Below the pieces are notes generated by a model. The model was given only the letters and a program-made list of their open reading frames with translations. It was not told where the DNA came from and did not search any database. The translations under genes were made by a program, and so were the position numbers. Of a stretch of 64,000 bases of DNA, positions 42,167-52,975 are shown one piece after another. Numbering within the stretch: position 1 is the stretch's first letter; every line of letters begins with the position of its first letter. The DNA is from a bacterium (lineage in GTDB: Bacteria > Sysuimicrobiota > Sysuimicrobiia > Sysuimicrobiales > Humicultoraceae), in contig JBGQGY010000001.1 in assembly GCA_041497675.1 (NCBI GenBank), forward strand, positions 62,724 through 126,723. The letters run 5' to 3'.

Positions 42167-44812
42167 ATGCGTGGGTTGTTGAACCGCCTGCTGGGCGATG
42201 CGAGCGAGCGCGAAGTCTCCCGGCTCGCCCCAACAGTTGAAGAGATCAATGCCCTTGAACCCGAGATGCAGGCGCTCTCGGACGATGCGCTGCGCGAGCG
42301 TATGGCCGGCTGGCGAAGGGACGTCGCCGCGGCGATCGACGGCAAGACCGGGGACGAACGCAAGACTGTGCTGGCCGAGACGCTCGAGGCGTTGCTGCCG
42401 GCGGTGTTCGCGGCCGTCCGCGAAGCGAGTCGCCGGACCATCGGGCTGCGCCACTTCGACGTGCAGTTGATCGGCGGCGCGGTGCTGCACCGCGGCAAAG
42501 TCGCCGAGATGAAGACCGGTGAGGGCAAGACGTTGGTCGCGACGACGTCGGTGGCGCTCAACGCGCTCGCCGGCCGCGGCACGCACCTCGTCACCGTCAA
42601 CGACTACCTGAGTCGGCGAGACGCGGGCTGGATGGGTCCGATCTACCACACGCTGGGTCTGTCGGTGGCGGCGATCGGGCACGACTTCTCGGGGCTGTAT
42701 GACCCTGCGTACAACGACTCGAAGCCCCACCACGATGACCGACTCAACCACTTTCGGCCGATTAGCCGACGGGAAGCGTATCACGCAGATATCACTTATG
42801 GAACAAATAATGAGTTCGGCTTCGACTATCTTCGCGACAACATGGCGCTGCGGCTCGAGGACTTGGCGCAGCGCGAGCTGTACTATGCCATCGTCGACGA
42901 GGTGGACTTCATCCTGATCGACGAGGCGCGGACCCCGTTGATCATCTCCGGCATGGTGGAAGGCAGCGTCGATCAGTACCAGCGGTTCGCCCGGCTGATT
43001 CCCCGCCTGAAGCGCGACGTCGACTATACGGTCGACGAGAAGATCAAGAACGCGGTGCTCACCGATGAGGGGGTTGGGCACGTCGAACGGCTTCTGGGGA
43101 TCGAGGACCTGTCCGACCCGCAGCACGGCGATCTGATGCACCACCTGCATCAGGCGCTCCGCGCGCACACCTGTTACAAGCGCGACGTCGAGTACGTGGT
43201 GAAGGACGGGCAGGTCATCATCGTCGATGAGTTCACCGGCCGGCTGATGTTCGGCCGCCGCTACTCGGACGGGCTGCACCAGGCCATCGAGGCGACGGAG
43301 GGCGTGAAGATCGAGCGCGAGAGTCAGACCCTCGCGACGATCACACTCCAGAACTACTTCCGCATGTACGAGAAGCTGGCGGGGATGACCGGAACGGCCA
43401 AGACCGAAGAAGAAGAACTCCAAAAGATCTACAATCTCCCGGTGGCCGTCATCCCGACGCACCGATCGATGATCCGTGAGGACTTCCCGGACCAGATCTA
43501 CAAAACCGAGCGCGGCAAGTGGAAGGCCGTGGTGGAGGAGATCATCCACTGGCACGCGCAGGGCCGGCCGATGCTCGTGGGCACCCGATCGATTGAAAAG
43601 AACGAACACCTCTCGGACATGCTCCGGCGCCGCGGCGTGCCGCACGAACTGCTGAACGCCAAACAGCATGAGCGCGAGGCCGAGATCATCGCGCAGGCGG
43701 GGCGGATGGGCGCGGTGACGATCGCCACCAACATGGCCGGTCGCGGCGTGGACATCATCCTGGGCGGCACCCCGCCGGATGCGGCCGAAGCGGCGAAGGT
43801 CTGCGAGCTTGGCGGACTCCACGTGATCGGCACCGAGCGTCACGAAGCGCGTCGCATCGACAACCAGTTGCGAGGCCGGTCCGGCCGTCAGGGCGACCCG
43901 GGAGCCAGCCGGTTCTACATCGGCCTCGACGATGAGTTGATGCGCATTTTTGCCGGCGATCGCATTGCGGGTCTGATGGATCGGTTTGGTCTCGATGAGG
44001 ACACGCCGATCGAGCACAGCATTATCACCCGTCAGATCGAGGGGGCGCAAAAGAAGGTCGAACAGCACAACTTCGACATCCGCAAACACGTCCTCGAATA
44101 CGATGACGTGATGAACGTACAGCGCAAGGTGATCTACACTGAGCGGCGCAAGGTGCTCGATGGCGCCGCCGTCCGCGAAAGCGTGCTCGACATCATCGAG
44201 CGGCTGGTCAGCGCGCAGGTTGGCGCCATCTGCACGAAGGACGTCCATCCTCAGGAGTGGGACCTGGACCTGCTGGTGGAGGTGCTCAGCCAGGTGATCC
44301 CCGCGATGGGAGAGGTCGAGCCGGAGTCGCTGCAGGGACTGCCCGCGACCGAGATCGTCGAACGCCTGGTCGGCGCCGCGCTGCAGGCCTACGAACGGCG
44401 AGAGACCGAACTCGGGGCCGAGGTGCTGCGCCAGGTCGAGCGGTTCATCCTGCTGCAGACGATCGACCGAAAGTGGATCGATCACCTCTACAACATGGAT
44501 GCCCTCCGAGAGGGGATTGGGCTTCGGGCCTACGCGCAGGTGAGTCCGCTGATCGAGTATCAGCGCGAGGGCTATCAGATGTTCCAGGCCACGCTTCAGG
44601 CAATCCAAGAAGAGACGGTACGGGCGCTGTTCCACATCCAGGTTGCCCCCGACGAGCGGCCCGTGGCCCGACCGGTCGCGACGCCCTCGCGCGAGCCGGC
44701 GTCTGTCGGCGCGCGCAGCGGGGGCAGCGCGGGTGCCAAGGTCGGACGCAACGATCCCTGTTGGTGCGGCAGCGGCAAGAAGTTCAAGAAGTGCCACGGC
44801 CGGGAGGCGTGA
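42167..44812 (+). CDS. secA: Preprotein translocase ATPase SecA
   Basis: [62 protein letters not shown] at 42101. Confidence 0.99.
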   Translation: MRGLLNRLLGDASEREVSRLAPTVEEINALEPEMQALSDDALRERMAGWRRDVAAAIDGKTGDERKTVLAETLEALLPAVFAAVREASRRTIGLRHFDVQLIGGAVLHRGKVAEMKTGEGKTLVATTSVALNALAGRGTHLVTVNDYLSRRDAGWMGPIYHTLGLSVAAIGHDFSGLYDPAYNDSKPHHDDRLNHFRPISRREAYHADITYGTNNEFGFDYLRDNMALRLEDLAQRELYYAIVDEVDFILIDEARTPLIISGMVEGSVDQYQRFARLIPRLKRDVDYTVDEKIKNAVLTDEGVGHVERLLGIEDLSDPQHGDLMHHLHQALRAHTCYKRDVEYVVKDGQVIIVDEFTGRLMFGRRYSDGLHQAIEATEGVKIERESQTLATITLQNYFRMYEKLAGMTGTAKTEEEELQKIYNLPVAVIPTHRSMIREDFPDQIYKTERGKWKAVVEEIIHWHAQGRPMLVGTRSIEKNEHLSDMLRRRGVPHELLNAKQHEREAEIIAQAGRMGAVTIATNMAGRGVDIILGGTPPDAAEAAKVCELGGLHVIGTERHEARRIDNQLRGRSGRQGDPGASRFYIGLDDELMRIFAGDRIAGLMDRFGLDEDTPIEHSIITRQIEGAQKKVEQHNFDIRKHVLEYDDVMNVQRKVIYTERRKVLDGAAVRESVLDIIERLVSAQVGAICTKDVHPQEWDLDLLVEVLSQVIPAMGEVEPESLQGLPATEIVERLVGAALQAYERRETELGAEVLRQVERFILLQTIDRKWIDHLYNMDALREGIGLRAYAQVSPLIEYQREGYQMFQATLQAIQEETVRALFHIQVAPDERPVARPVATPSREPASVGARSGGSAGAKVGRNDPCWCGSGKKFKKCHGREA

Positions 44813-46770
44813 GGGAAGCCGTCCGGCCGGCGGCCGCCGCGGCCTCCGGGCTCCTGTTCGTGCTCGCATTTCCCGCCGCGGATCTGGGCTGGTTGGCCTG
44901 GATCGCGCTGGTCCCCCTGCTGATCGCGATTGACGGGCAAAGCCCGTCGCAGGCGTTTCGCCTAGGATACCTGGCCGGCGCGGTGTTCTTCGGCGGGCTC
45001 CTGGAGTGGGTGCGTCTCTTCGGCCTGCCCGCCTGGGCGCTCCTCACGCTGCTGCTGGCGATCTTCCCCGGAGCCTTTGCCGCGGGCGTACGGCTGCTCG
45101 TACGCGATCGTCGGTCTGCCGCGCTGTGGATCGTCCCCGTGACATGGGTGGCGGTCGAAGTCGTCCGATCGGTCGGGCCCGTCGGATTCCCATGGGGTCT
45201 CCTCGGGTTATCGCAATACCGCAACGCCACAATGCTGGCCGTCGCATCGGTGGTCGGCGCGTTTGGGCTGTCCGGACTGATCGCGTTGGCAAACACTGTT
45301 CTCGTGATCCTGATTGTCACGAGACGCGTCACCGCGCCGGTCCTGGCAGCGTTGGTCGTGTTGGGTTTACCGTTTGCCGCTGGAACCCAGGTCCGCCCGC
45401 CAGAGGTTCGGCTCCAGCGTATCGTTGCCGCGGTGCAGCCCAACGTCCCGCCGACGCAGAAGAACGAGCGCGATGCCGTTGCCGGCATCGCGCTCGGCCT
45501 GATGCGGCAAACAGAGGAGGCGCGGACGCAGGGCGCCGAGATCATCGTCTATCCCGAGACGGCGATTCCCACCGACCTGGGGAGCCTGGCCTATCTGCGC
45601 CATATGATCGCGAGCCGCGCCGGTGGCGCCACCGTGGTGGCTGGGACGTTCCTGTCCGGGCAACGCAACGGCGTCCTGGTCCTCGATCCGCAGGGCGAGG
45701 TCGTGGGCCGCTACGTCAAACGGCGGCTGGTGCCGTTTGGCGAAGCCGGCGTGCAGGCCGGCCGCAGCGGTCAACCGGTGCAGACGGCGTTGGGTTCGAT
45801 CGGCATCGCGATCTGCTACGAATCCGCGTTCACGTTCCCGATTCGGAGTCTGGTGGCAGATGGGGCATCACTCATTGCCATCGTGACGAATGATGGGTGG
45901 TTTGGCACATCGTCTGGACCCGCGCAGCACGCCGCCCACTCCGTGCTCCGCGCCGCCGAGACGGGACGCCCGCTCGTGCGGGCTGCGAACACCGGCATCT
46001 CCATGATCATCCGCCCCGGCGGCGCGATCGCCGGCGCGCTGCCGCTGGACACCAAGGGCGTGCTGGTCGCCGCGGTGCCGGTGCATGCGGCGTCGACGGC
46101 GTACGTGCTGTGGGGATGGCTCCTCGGCCCGCTGTGCGCAGCGGTCTGGGTGGCGGCGATCACGCCCCAGGTCGTGAGGGCGATCGCGCAGCGCCAGGCG
46201 GTGGCCGCGAGGCTGATGGCTGCCGTCGCGGTGCCCGCCGTGCCGGTCCTGATCGGGCGATGGCTGGGGCTCGAAGACGGCATGGGCGCCTGGCTGGTGT
46301 GGCTGGCGACGCTGGGCACGGCGGTGCTCGTAGGCCGGGGGGCCCTGACGAATCGTCGGGGGATGCTGATCTCGGCGCCGGTGTCGCTCGCGGTCACGCT
46401 CGTCCTGGTGGTAGCGATGCGCTACGGCTACGCGCGGTACGGTTATCAGCCCCCATTCTTGGCACCGGCCGGCGGTTGGCTGGCCGGCGGGGCGCTGCTG
46501 CTCATCGCCGGCATCGCCACCGAGGCGTGGCTGCGGGGCGCGGTGTTTGCGGCGGCCGAGTCGTTGGGCGGGTGGCCGCTGGCGGCGGTGCTGTCCACCA
46601 TCCTGGGCGTGGTACTGCACCTCGACGCGCCTCAAGAACTCATCCTCTGGTACATCCTGACGGGTGTGCTCTTCAGCGGGGTGCGTCTCTGGACACGCGA
46701 CGCGGCGGGACTCGGGCCGGCGCGCGCGCTCGGCGACGCGGCGTTTGCGGCGCTGGGCTCGCTGCGGTAG
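44809..46770 (+). CDS. lnt: Apolipoprotein N-acyltransferase with an extra C-terminal CPBP/CAAX-protease-like membrane domain
   Basis: [44 protein letters not shown]; about 190-aa hydrophobic extension with TEAWLRG. Confidence 0.9.
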   Translation: MREAVRPAAAAASGLLFVLAFPAADLGWLAWIALVPLLIAIDGQSPSQAFRLGYLAGAVFFGGLLEWVRLFGLPAWALLTLLLAIFPGAFAAGVRLLVRDRRSAALWIVPVTWVAVEVVRSVGPVGFPWGLLGLSQYRNATMLAVASVVGAFGLSGLIALANTVLVILIVTRRVTAPVLAALVVLGLPFAAGTQVRPPEVRLQRIVAAVQPNVPPTQKNERDAVAGIALGLMRQTEEARTQGAEIIVYPETAIPTDLGSLAYLRHMIASRAGGATVVAGTFLSGQRNGVLVLDPQGEVVGRYVKRRLVPFGEAGVQAGRSGQPVQTALGSIGIAICYESAFTFPIRSLVADGASLIAIVTNDGWFGTSSGPAQHAAHSVLRAAETGRPLVRAANTGISMIIRPGGAIAGALPLDTKGVLVAAVPVHAASTAYVLWGWLLGPLCAAVWVAAITPQVVRAIAQRQAVAARLMAAVAVPAVPVLIGRWLGLEDGMGAWLVWLATLGTAVLVGRGALTNRRGMLISAPVSLAVTLVLVVAMRYGYARYGYQPPFLAPAGGWLAGGALLLIAGIATEAWLRGAVFAAAESLGGWPLAAVLSTILGVVLHLDAPQELILWYILTGVLFSGVRLWTRDAAGLGPARALGDAAFAALGSLR

Positions 46771-46788
46771 AGGTGCGCGGGCCCGTAG

Positions 46789-46797
46789 TGTTATAAT
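46789..46797 (+). promoter_or_regulatory. Extended -10 promoter directly before the prfB start codon
   Basis: TGTTATAAT, with 6 nt between it and ATG 46804; no SD. Confidence 0.7.
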
Positions 46798-46803
46798 TCC
46801 GGC

Positions 46804-47926
46804 ATGATGCAGCGAGAGGGACTCACCGCCCACCTCAGCGAGAGCCGCCGGCGCCTCCAGGAACTTCGGGGGCATCTTTGACCTCCCGGGTAAACACGCA
46901 CGGATAGCCACGCTCGAACAGGAAATGCAGCAGCCTACGTTGTGGGCCGATCAGGCGCGCGCGCGCACCGTCGGGCAGGAGTTGAGCCAACTGCGGGCCA
47001 CGGTCGACGCAGTGTCGACAATCGAGCGCCGGCTCGAGGATCTTGACGTGCTGATGGAGCTTGCCGCGGAAACGCCCGACAGCCTCGACCCCGCCGAGAT
47101 CGAAGGCGAAGTGCGCGGCGTGGTTGCGGACCTAGATCGCCTCGAGCGAGCGGCGCTCATGTCGCAGCCCCACGATGCCGCGAACGCCATCCTCTCGATT
47201 CACGCGGGCGCGGGCGGCACCGAGTCGCAGGACTGGGTGGCGATGCTGCTGCGCATGTATCTGCGGTGGGCCGAATCCCATGGATTCAAGACCGAGATCG
47301 TCGATGTCTCTCCCGGTGAAGAGGCGGGGCTCAAGAGCGTCACGGTGATCACCGCCGGGCCCTACGCCTACGGTTCCCTGCGGGAGGAACGCGGCGTGCA
47401 CCGGCTCGTCCGCCTGTCGCCGTTTGACGCCGCGCACCGCCGGCACACCTCATTTGCGCTGGTGGACGGCATCCCCGAAGTCGAAGACGTCGAGGTGGAG
47501 ATCCGCGACGACGATCTCCGCATCGAGACCTACCGGGCGGGCGGCGCCGGCGGGCAGAACGTGAACAAGGTCGAGACGGCCGTGCGCATCACGCACGTGC
47601 CGACGGGCGTCGTCGTCCAGTGTCAAAACGAGCGGTCGCAGCACGCGAACAAACTGACCGCGATGCGCGTCTTGAAGTCAAAATTGGTCGAGGCGGCGCA
47701 GACCCAGCATCGGGAGCGGATGGCGGAGCTCCGTGGGGAGTTTCGCGAGGCCGCCTGGGGGAATCAGATCCGGTCCTACGTGCTCCATCCCTATCAGCTG
47801 GTCAAAGATCACCGCACCGGCGTGGAGACCGGGGACACCACCGCCGTGCTCGACGGCGACCTCGACCGGTTCATCGACGCCGCGCTGCGCGCGGCTGTTG
47901 GTCGTTCGCGCGCCGGTACGCCGTAA
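46804..47926 (+). CDS. prfB: Peptide chain release factor 2 with programmed +1 frameshift
   Basis: ORF0 MMQRE...LRGHL ends at CTT TGA C (46876-46882) preceded by an internal SD-like GGGGG; +1 frame continues DLPGK... with SPF and GGQ motifs. Confidence 0.97.
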
Positions 47927-47940
47927 CGCCGGGAGTGGCT

Positions 47941-48618
47941 ATGCGCTGGGTGCTGTGGGTCGTGCTCGCCGCCCTGATTGTTGGGGCCGTCGCGGTGATA
48001 CCGGCGCGCATTGTGGAGCGCCAGATCGCCGGCGCGCTGCACCCACTCCTCGAGCCGGGCGGCACCGTCACGGTTAGGGCCCGCGTGAGCCCGCTCGGGC
48101 TGATCCGCGGTTACCTCGGTCGGGTGCGCGTCACGGCGCGCGGCATCCGCGTCGGTTCGTTGACGTCGCAGCGTCTGGACGCGATGCTGACCGGGGTCGA
48201 TCTGATCAAAACGCCCGGTGGCGACCGCGCCGTGGGCCGGGTGCGCGGCGGCCGAGCGGTCATCGAGTTTGGCCGGGCGGATCTGGAGCAGTTTCTTCGC
48301 ACACGCGGCGTCGAAAATCCTGTGGTCGGCATCGACGCGTCCGGGGTGACTGCCGAGGGGATGGCGACGCTTGGCGGCGCAGCGGTGCGGGCGCGCATCC
48401 GCGGGCAGTTCGTTGCCGCGGGCGCCGACCTGCTCTTCCGCGTGACGTCGCTGGAGGTCAGCGGCGTGGACGTGCCTCCGACGATTGCCCAGACGGCACT
48501 CGGTCTCGTGCAACCGGCGGTCTCCTTTCGCGACCTGCCGTTTCCGATGGCCATCGAGCGGGTGACGTCTGAGGACGGACGCGTCGTCGTCCGCGCCCTT
48601 GTCGAGGAGGCGCCGTGA
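47941..48618 (+). CDS. DUF2993/LmeA-like membrane-anchored protein
   Basis: N-terminal TM followed by a beta-rich TULIP-like pattern. Confidence 0.7.
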   Translation: MRWVLWVVLAALIVGAVAVIPARIVERQIAGALHPLLEPGGTVTVRARVSPLGLIRGYLGRVRVTARGIRVGSLTSQRLDAMLTGVDLIKTPGGDRAVGRVRGGRAVIEFGRADLEQFLRTRGVENPVVGIDASGVTAEGMATLGGAAVRARIRGQFVAAGADLLFRVTSLEVSGVDVPPTIAQTALGLVQPAVSFRDLPFPMAIERVTSEDGRVVVRALVEEAP

Positions 48619-50570
48619 CGCGGCGCGCCCTGATCGTGTTCGTCGGGATCGGCGCGCTGGCCGCCGTCGCGGTCCTGGGCATGCGATTCGGGCTGGAATC
48701 TCGTTACCGATCCGTGGACATCGTGCTCGACAGCGGCGATTGGATGACGCTCATCCGCCGTGAGGGGCGCGAGCCTTCGAGCATCTTCCGCGAATTGCGG
48801 CAACGCGGCGCGACCGCGGTCGCCGTCTCCGAGCGAACGTTGAAGAACATGGCCGAGGATGGCACCATCGGCTACGCGAGCGGAGGCGCGCTGCGGGCGC
48901 AGAGTCTGCTGACCCCTTCGGCGGCGCCGCTCGCGCGGCTGGGGATCGGCGTCCTGCGGTCTGACGCGGTCTATGTCACCGGCCCCCCCGAGGTGCTCGC
49001 GTTTCTCGCACAGCGGCTGCGTGTCTTGGTCGGCGATGAGCGGGTCCGCGTGCTCGACGGGGCGCTGGAAGTGCGCGGGACCCTGCTCGATCTCGAAGAA
49101 CTCGGACTCGGCTTCCGCCCCGACGACGCCGCGCCGTATCGCGCGGCGGGTCTCAGCATCGTGGTCCGCCCGCGCAACTACCGCGGTCTGACACCGGCGA
49201 GCCTGCGGGTGTTGGTCGACAGCTACGCGCAGGTCTCAGAGCCTCCGACGCTCGTCTTCGCGCTGACCGAGGTCCAGGGATACGAGGGGTTGCTGGACGC
49301 GGCGGCGGAGGAGTACCGGCGCGTCGGCGCCCGCTTCGGCCGGCTCGAAGTGTTCACGGCGCGACGCAAGCAAAGGGGTGAAGACCGCCTCACGGCCTTG
49401 ATGCGGCCCGACGTGATTCGCGTCTTCAGCGTGACGCCGGAAGAGCTGCAAACGCTGCCGCCTGCGGATGTCGTGGATAAGTTCGTGCGCGCGGCGCAGG
49501 AGCGCAATCTGAGGATCCTGTACTTGCGCCCGCTGCTGTTCACCCCCGCCGGTGTGCCGGCCCTCGACGTGAACCTGGGGGTCGTCGGCGATATCGCGAC
49601 CGGTCTGCGCCGGCTCGGGTTTACGCCCGGCCGGTCGCGCGCGCTTGAGCCCCTGCACCCGCCCGCGCCACTGGTGTGGTTGGTCGCGGTGGGGGCGGCA
49701 GCGCTCGGCCTGATCGTGCTGACGGATCTGGCCCGCGCCCTCGGGGTGGTGCTGCCCGGGCCGGTTGCCGCGGCTGTGCTGGTGGCTGTTGCCGTGGGAA
49801 CAGCAGCGCTCGGTCGGACCGGGCTGGACAGTCTCTGGCGTCAGGTTCTGGCGCTGGGCATCGCGATCGCGGGGGCGACGGGTGCAGCCTTCTGGGCGCT
49901 GCCGAAACGGACCGGGCGTCCCGTAGCCCAGGGGTTCGCCACGCTGGGACGGGCCGCGGCGGCGGCGCTGCTCACCGGTCTGTTCGTCGCGGCGCTGCTC
50001 AGCAAGTGGGAGTTCATGCTGGCCTTGTCGGTGTTCCTCGGGGTCAAGCCGGCGCACATCATCCCCGTGGTATTGGTCGCGTTGTGGGTCACGTTCGATC
50101 AGCGACCGCCCGGCGGCTGGCGCGCGGCGGCACGCGAGATGGCGGTCTGGTTCCGGCAGCCACTGCGGATCGGCGCGGCGGTGGGGGTGCTGGTGGGCGC
50201 CGCGGCCGCGGTCCTGGTGCTCGCGAGAACCGGCAACGTCAACCTGCCGGTGTCGGGGGTCGAACAACAACTGCGGACCACGCTCGAGAGCGTACTGGTG
50301 GCGCGGCCGCGGACGAAGGAGTTTCTCCTCGGATATCCGGCGCTGGTGCTGGCCGGTGTGGCAGCCGGGTTGGGCTGGAAGCGCGCGACGCTCGTATTCG
50401 CGGCGGCGGGAGCCCTCGGTACGGTCGGACTGGTGAACTCGTTCTCGCATATCCACACTCCCCTGATCTACACGTTCTGGCGGACAGGGAACGCCCTGGC
50501 GCTCGGCGCCCTGGTGGCCGTCCCCGGCGTGCTGGTGCTCCTCTGGATCGCGCGGCGAACCGAGTCCTGA
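48615..50570 (+). CDS. DUF5693 family membrane protein
   Basis: RAAQERNLRILYLR, F.GVK, RTGN, RPRTKEFLLGYP, VNSFSHIHTP; adjacent to csaB. Confidence 0.88.
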   Translation: MTRRALIVFVGIGALAAVAVLGMRFGLESRYRSVDIVLDSGDWMTLIRREGREPSSIFRELRQRGATAVAVSERTLKNMAEDGTIGYASGGALRAQSLLTPSAAPLARLGIGVLRSDAVYVTGPPEVLAFLAQRLRVLVGDERVRVLDGALEVRGTLLDLEELGLGFRPDDAAPYRAAGLSIVVRPRNYRGLTPASLRVLVDSYAQVSEPPTLVFALTEVQGYEGLLDAAAEEYRRVGARFGRLEVFTARRKQRGEDRLTALMRPDVIRVFSVTPEELQTLPPADVVDKFVRAAQERNLRILYLRPLLFTPAGVPALDVNLGVVGDIATGLRRLGFTPGRSRALEPLHPPAPLVWLVAVGAAALGLIVLTDLARALGVVLPGPVAAAVLVAVAVGTAALGRTGLDSLWRQVLALGIAIAGATGAAFWALPKRTGRPVAQGFATLGRAAAAALLTGLFVAALLSKWEFMLALSVFLGVKPAHIIPVVLVALWVTFDQRPPGGWRAAAREMAVWFRQPLRIGAAVGVLVGAAAAVLVLARTGNVNLPVSGVEQQLRTTLESVLVARPRTKEFLLGYPALVLAGVAAGLGWKRATLVFAAAGALGTVGLVNSFSHIHTPLIYTFWRTGNALALGALVAVPGVLVLLWIARRTES

Positions 50571-51652
50571 TCAGCGGGTATTACGGCTTCGGGAATCTTG
50601 GCGACGAAGCCGTGCTGGCCGGACTCCTGGCGGGTCTGCGGCAACGGCGGCCCGATGTTCATCCGGTCGTCCTGTCGGCAACTCCCCCGGCGACTGAAGC
50701 CGTCCATCACGTGGAGTCGAGATCCCGAGCGCCACTTGGTGTCTGGCGGGCGCTGGCGGGGGCGGGTCTGTTCATCAGCGGGGGCGGCTCGCTCGTTCAG
50801 GACGTGACCAGCGCGCGCAGTGCGGCGTACTACCTGGGCGCCATGTTGGCGGCGGCGGCGCGGGGTGTCCCGGTCGCCGTTGTCGGAACCGGCGTCGGCC
50901 CGATCAGGCGAACGTGGGTTCGGCGGCTTGCGGGGCGCGCCTTCGGCCGCGCCGGGGCGATCAGCGTCCGGGACGCCGATTCGGCGAAGCTGCTGCAAGA
51001 CCTGGGAGTGAGGGTCCCCATCCACCAGGGGGCGGACCTGGCCTTCTTGGCGCCGGGCGCAGACCGGGCCCGCGTACACTCACTGCTGGCCCGGTACGGG
51101 TTGGATCGGGCGGCTGGCCGGATCGGCGTGGCGCTTCGCCCGTGGCCGGACCTGTGGAACCCCAACGACCTCGGTCGCGGGGTCCGGCGCATCGCCGACA
51201 CCTACAAGGCGCAGGTGGCCGTGCTAGTTCTTGATCGTGTGCGCGACCGGGAGGTCAGCGAGGCGGTCGCCGCGGCCTCAGGCGGCGCGCTCATCGACGT
51301 CGAGTCCCCACAAGACCTCATCGGCATCCTGGGAGCGATGGACGTCGTGGTCGGCGTGCGCCTCCACGCGCTAATTTGCGCCGTGGCTCAGGGTGTGCCG
51401 TGTGTTGGCCTGGCCTACGACCCGAAGGTGTCGGCATTCATGACCGAGTTCGCCCTTCCAGGCCTCCTGCCCGTCAGCGCGACCGGGCTGGCGGTGGCTG
51501 AGGCGCTGGCGCGCGCCTGGGACGGGCGCACGGTCCTCCGGTCCCGTCTGCTGGCGGCGCTCCCGGCCGCTCGAGAGCGCGCCACAGCCGGGCTGGACGC
51601 GGCGCTGGCCTTGCTGGGCGAGGTTCCTACGGAGCCGGGTGGCAGGAGTTGA
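50543..51652 (+). CDS. csaB: Polysaccharide pyruvyl transferase CsaB (start uncertain)
   Basis: LISGYYGFGNLGDEA, SGGGSLVQDVTS, SVRD..S, VRLHALI, YDPKV; no nearby ATG/GTG/TTG in frame. Confidence 0.9.
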   Translation: MDRAANRVLISGYYGFGNLGDEAVLAGLLAGLRQRRPDVHPVVLSATPPATEAVHHVESRSRAPLGVWRALAGAGLFISGGGSLVQDVTSARSAAYYLGAMLAAAARGVPVAVVGTGVGPIRRTWVRRLAGRAFGRAGAISVRDADSAKLLQDLGVRVPIHQGADLAFLAPGADRARVHSLLARYGLDRAAGRIGVALRPWPDLWNPNDLGRGVRRIADTYKAQVAVLVLDRVRDREVSEAVAAASGGALIDVESPQDLIGILGAMDVVVGVRLHALICAVAQGVPCVGLAYDPKVSAFMTEFALPGLLPVSATGLAVAEALARAWDGRTVLRSRLLAALPAARERATAGLDAALALLGEVPTEPGGRS

Positions 51653-51720
51653 CCACAGGTGGACGGAATACGCTTGCGAAGAGGCTAGTGGTCACCGCAT
51701 CCTAGGAGGCTCTGGTCCTC

Positions 51721-51996
51721 ATGCCGGAGGTGCTCAAAGTCTCCCACGACTCGAAGCCGAAAGCGGTCGCGGGAGCGATCGCGGCCGTGCTTCGGGAAAA
51801 GGGCATGGTGGAGGTTCAGGCGATAGGCGCGGGCGCCGTGAACCAGGCCGTCAAGGCCATCGCGATCACACGCGGATTCGTCGCGCCCAACGGCATCGAT
51901 TTGATTGCGATTCCCGCGTTCACAAAGGTCGAGATCGAGGGTGAGGAGCGGACCGCCATCAAGTTTCTCATCGAGGCGCGTACCCCGCGCGGATGA
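51721..51996 (+). CDS. spoVS: SpoVS family protein
   Basis: VLKVS..S.P.AVAGAIA, QAIGAGAVNQAVKAIAI.RGFVAP. Confidence 0.95.
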   Translation: MPEVLKVSHDSKPKAVAGAIAAVLREKGMVEVQAIGAGAVNQAVKAIAITRGFVAPNGIDLIAIPAFTKVEIEGEERTAIKFLIEARTPRG

Positions 51997-52946
51997 ACGG
52001 CACCGCCTACGGCGAACTGAAGCTGTTCCGCGGTAATTCTGTCCCCACGCTGGGTCAAGAGATCGCCGACTACCTGCGCATCCCGGCCGGGCGCGTGACG
52101 CTCATGCGCTTCGCCGACGGCGAGATCTACTGCCGCTATGAAGAGAACGCGCGTGGCGAAGACGCGTTCCTCATCCAGTCGACCTGTCATCCCGTCAACG
52201 AGCACCTGATGGAACTGTTGATCATGGTGGATGCGTTGCGGCGAGCATCGGCCGGCCGGATCACCGCAGTGATCCCCTACTACGGGTATGGCCGCAAGGA
52301 CAAGAAAGACGCCCCTCGTGAGCCCATCACCGGCCGCCTGATCGCCGACCTGCTGACCACGGCCGGCGTCAACCGGGTGCTCACGATCGATTTGCACGCC
52401 GGGCAGATCGAAGGCTTCTTCAACATCCCGGTGGATCATCTGAGGGCCATGCCGCTGTTCGCCGACTATTTGGCCCGCAAGGCGTTGTCGAATGCTGTGG
52501 TCGTCGCGCCCGACGACGGTGCGGTGCGGCGCAGCAAGCAGCTGGCCGATCGGCTGGACCTACCGCTCGCGGTGATCTTCCAGCGGCGTGTGGCGGCTGA
52601 CACCAAGGAGCCGGTGGAGGTGGTGGGGGAGGTCGAAGGCCGGGTCCCCATCATGATCGAGGACATCATCGACACCGCCGGCACCGTCAATCGTGCCGTT
52701 GACGTCCTCGTGTCCAAGGGGTGTATCCCGGAGATCTACATCTGTGCCACACACCCGGTCTTCGCGGGTCCGGCGTTGGAGCGTTTGTCGCGGCCCGAGA
52801 TCCGCGAGGTCATCGTGACCAACACGGTCCCGATCCCAGCGGACGGGCGGACGTCGAAGATCACGTTGATATCGGCCGCTCCCCTGCTGGCCGAGGCGAT
52901 CCGCCGGATCCACCTGAACCAGTCCGTCAGCCTGTTGTTTACGTAA
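51993..52946 (+). CDS. prs: Ribose-phosphate pyrophosphokinase family protein with altered catalytic motifs
   Basis: FADGE, LMELLIM.DALRRASA, DLHAGQI.GFF, IIDTAGT; KRR appears as QRR and DD as ED. Confidence 0.88.
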   Translation: MNGTAYGELKLFRGNSVPTLGQEIADYLRIPAGRVTLMRFADGEIYCRYEENARGEDAFLIQSTCHPVNEHLMELLIMVDALRRASAGRITAVIPYYGYGRKDKKDAPREPITGRLIADLLTTAGVNRVLTIDLHAGQIEGFFNIPVDHLRAMPLFADYLARKALSNAVVVAPDDGAVRRSKQLADRLDLPLAVIFQRRVAADTKEPVEVVGEVEGRVPIMIEDIIDTAGTVNRAVDVLVSKGCIPEIYICATHPVFAGPALERLSRPEIREVIVTNTVPIPADGRTSKITLISAAPLLAEAIRRIHLNQSVSLLFT

Positions 52947-52975
52947 CTCCACCCGCCGGATAGGCTGAGGGGACC

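Noticed and set aside
41960..44869. Long antisense ORFs (969 aa opposite secA; also 10812-12929, 16600-18132, 35489-37372)
   Set aside because: Shadow ORFs expected from high GC3 codon bias opposite well-supported genes; no recognisable motifs
46925..47926. prfB as a truncated or pseudogene ORF
   Set aside because: Explained by the canonical CTT-TGA-C programmed frameshift
51721..51996. spoVS as evidence of sporulation
   Set aside because: SpoVS occurs widely in non-sporulating Terrabacteria; no other sporulation genes here
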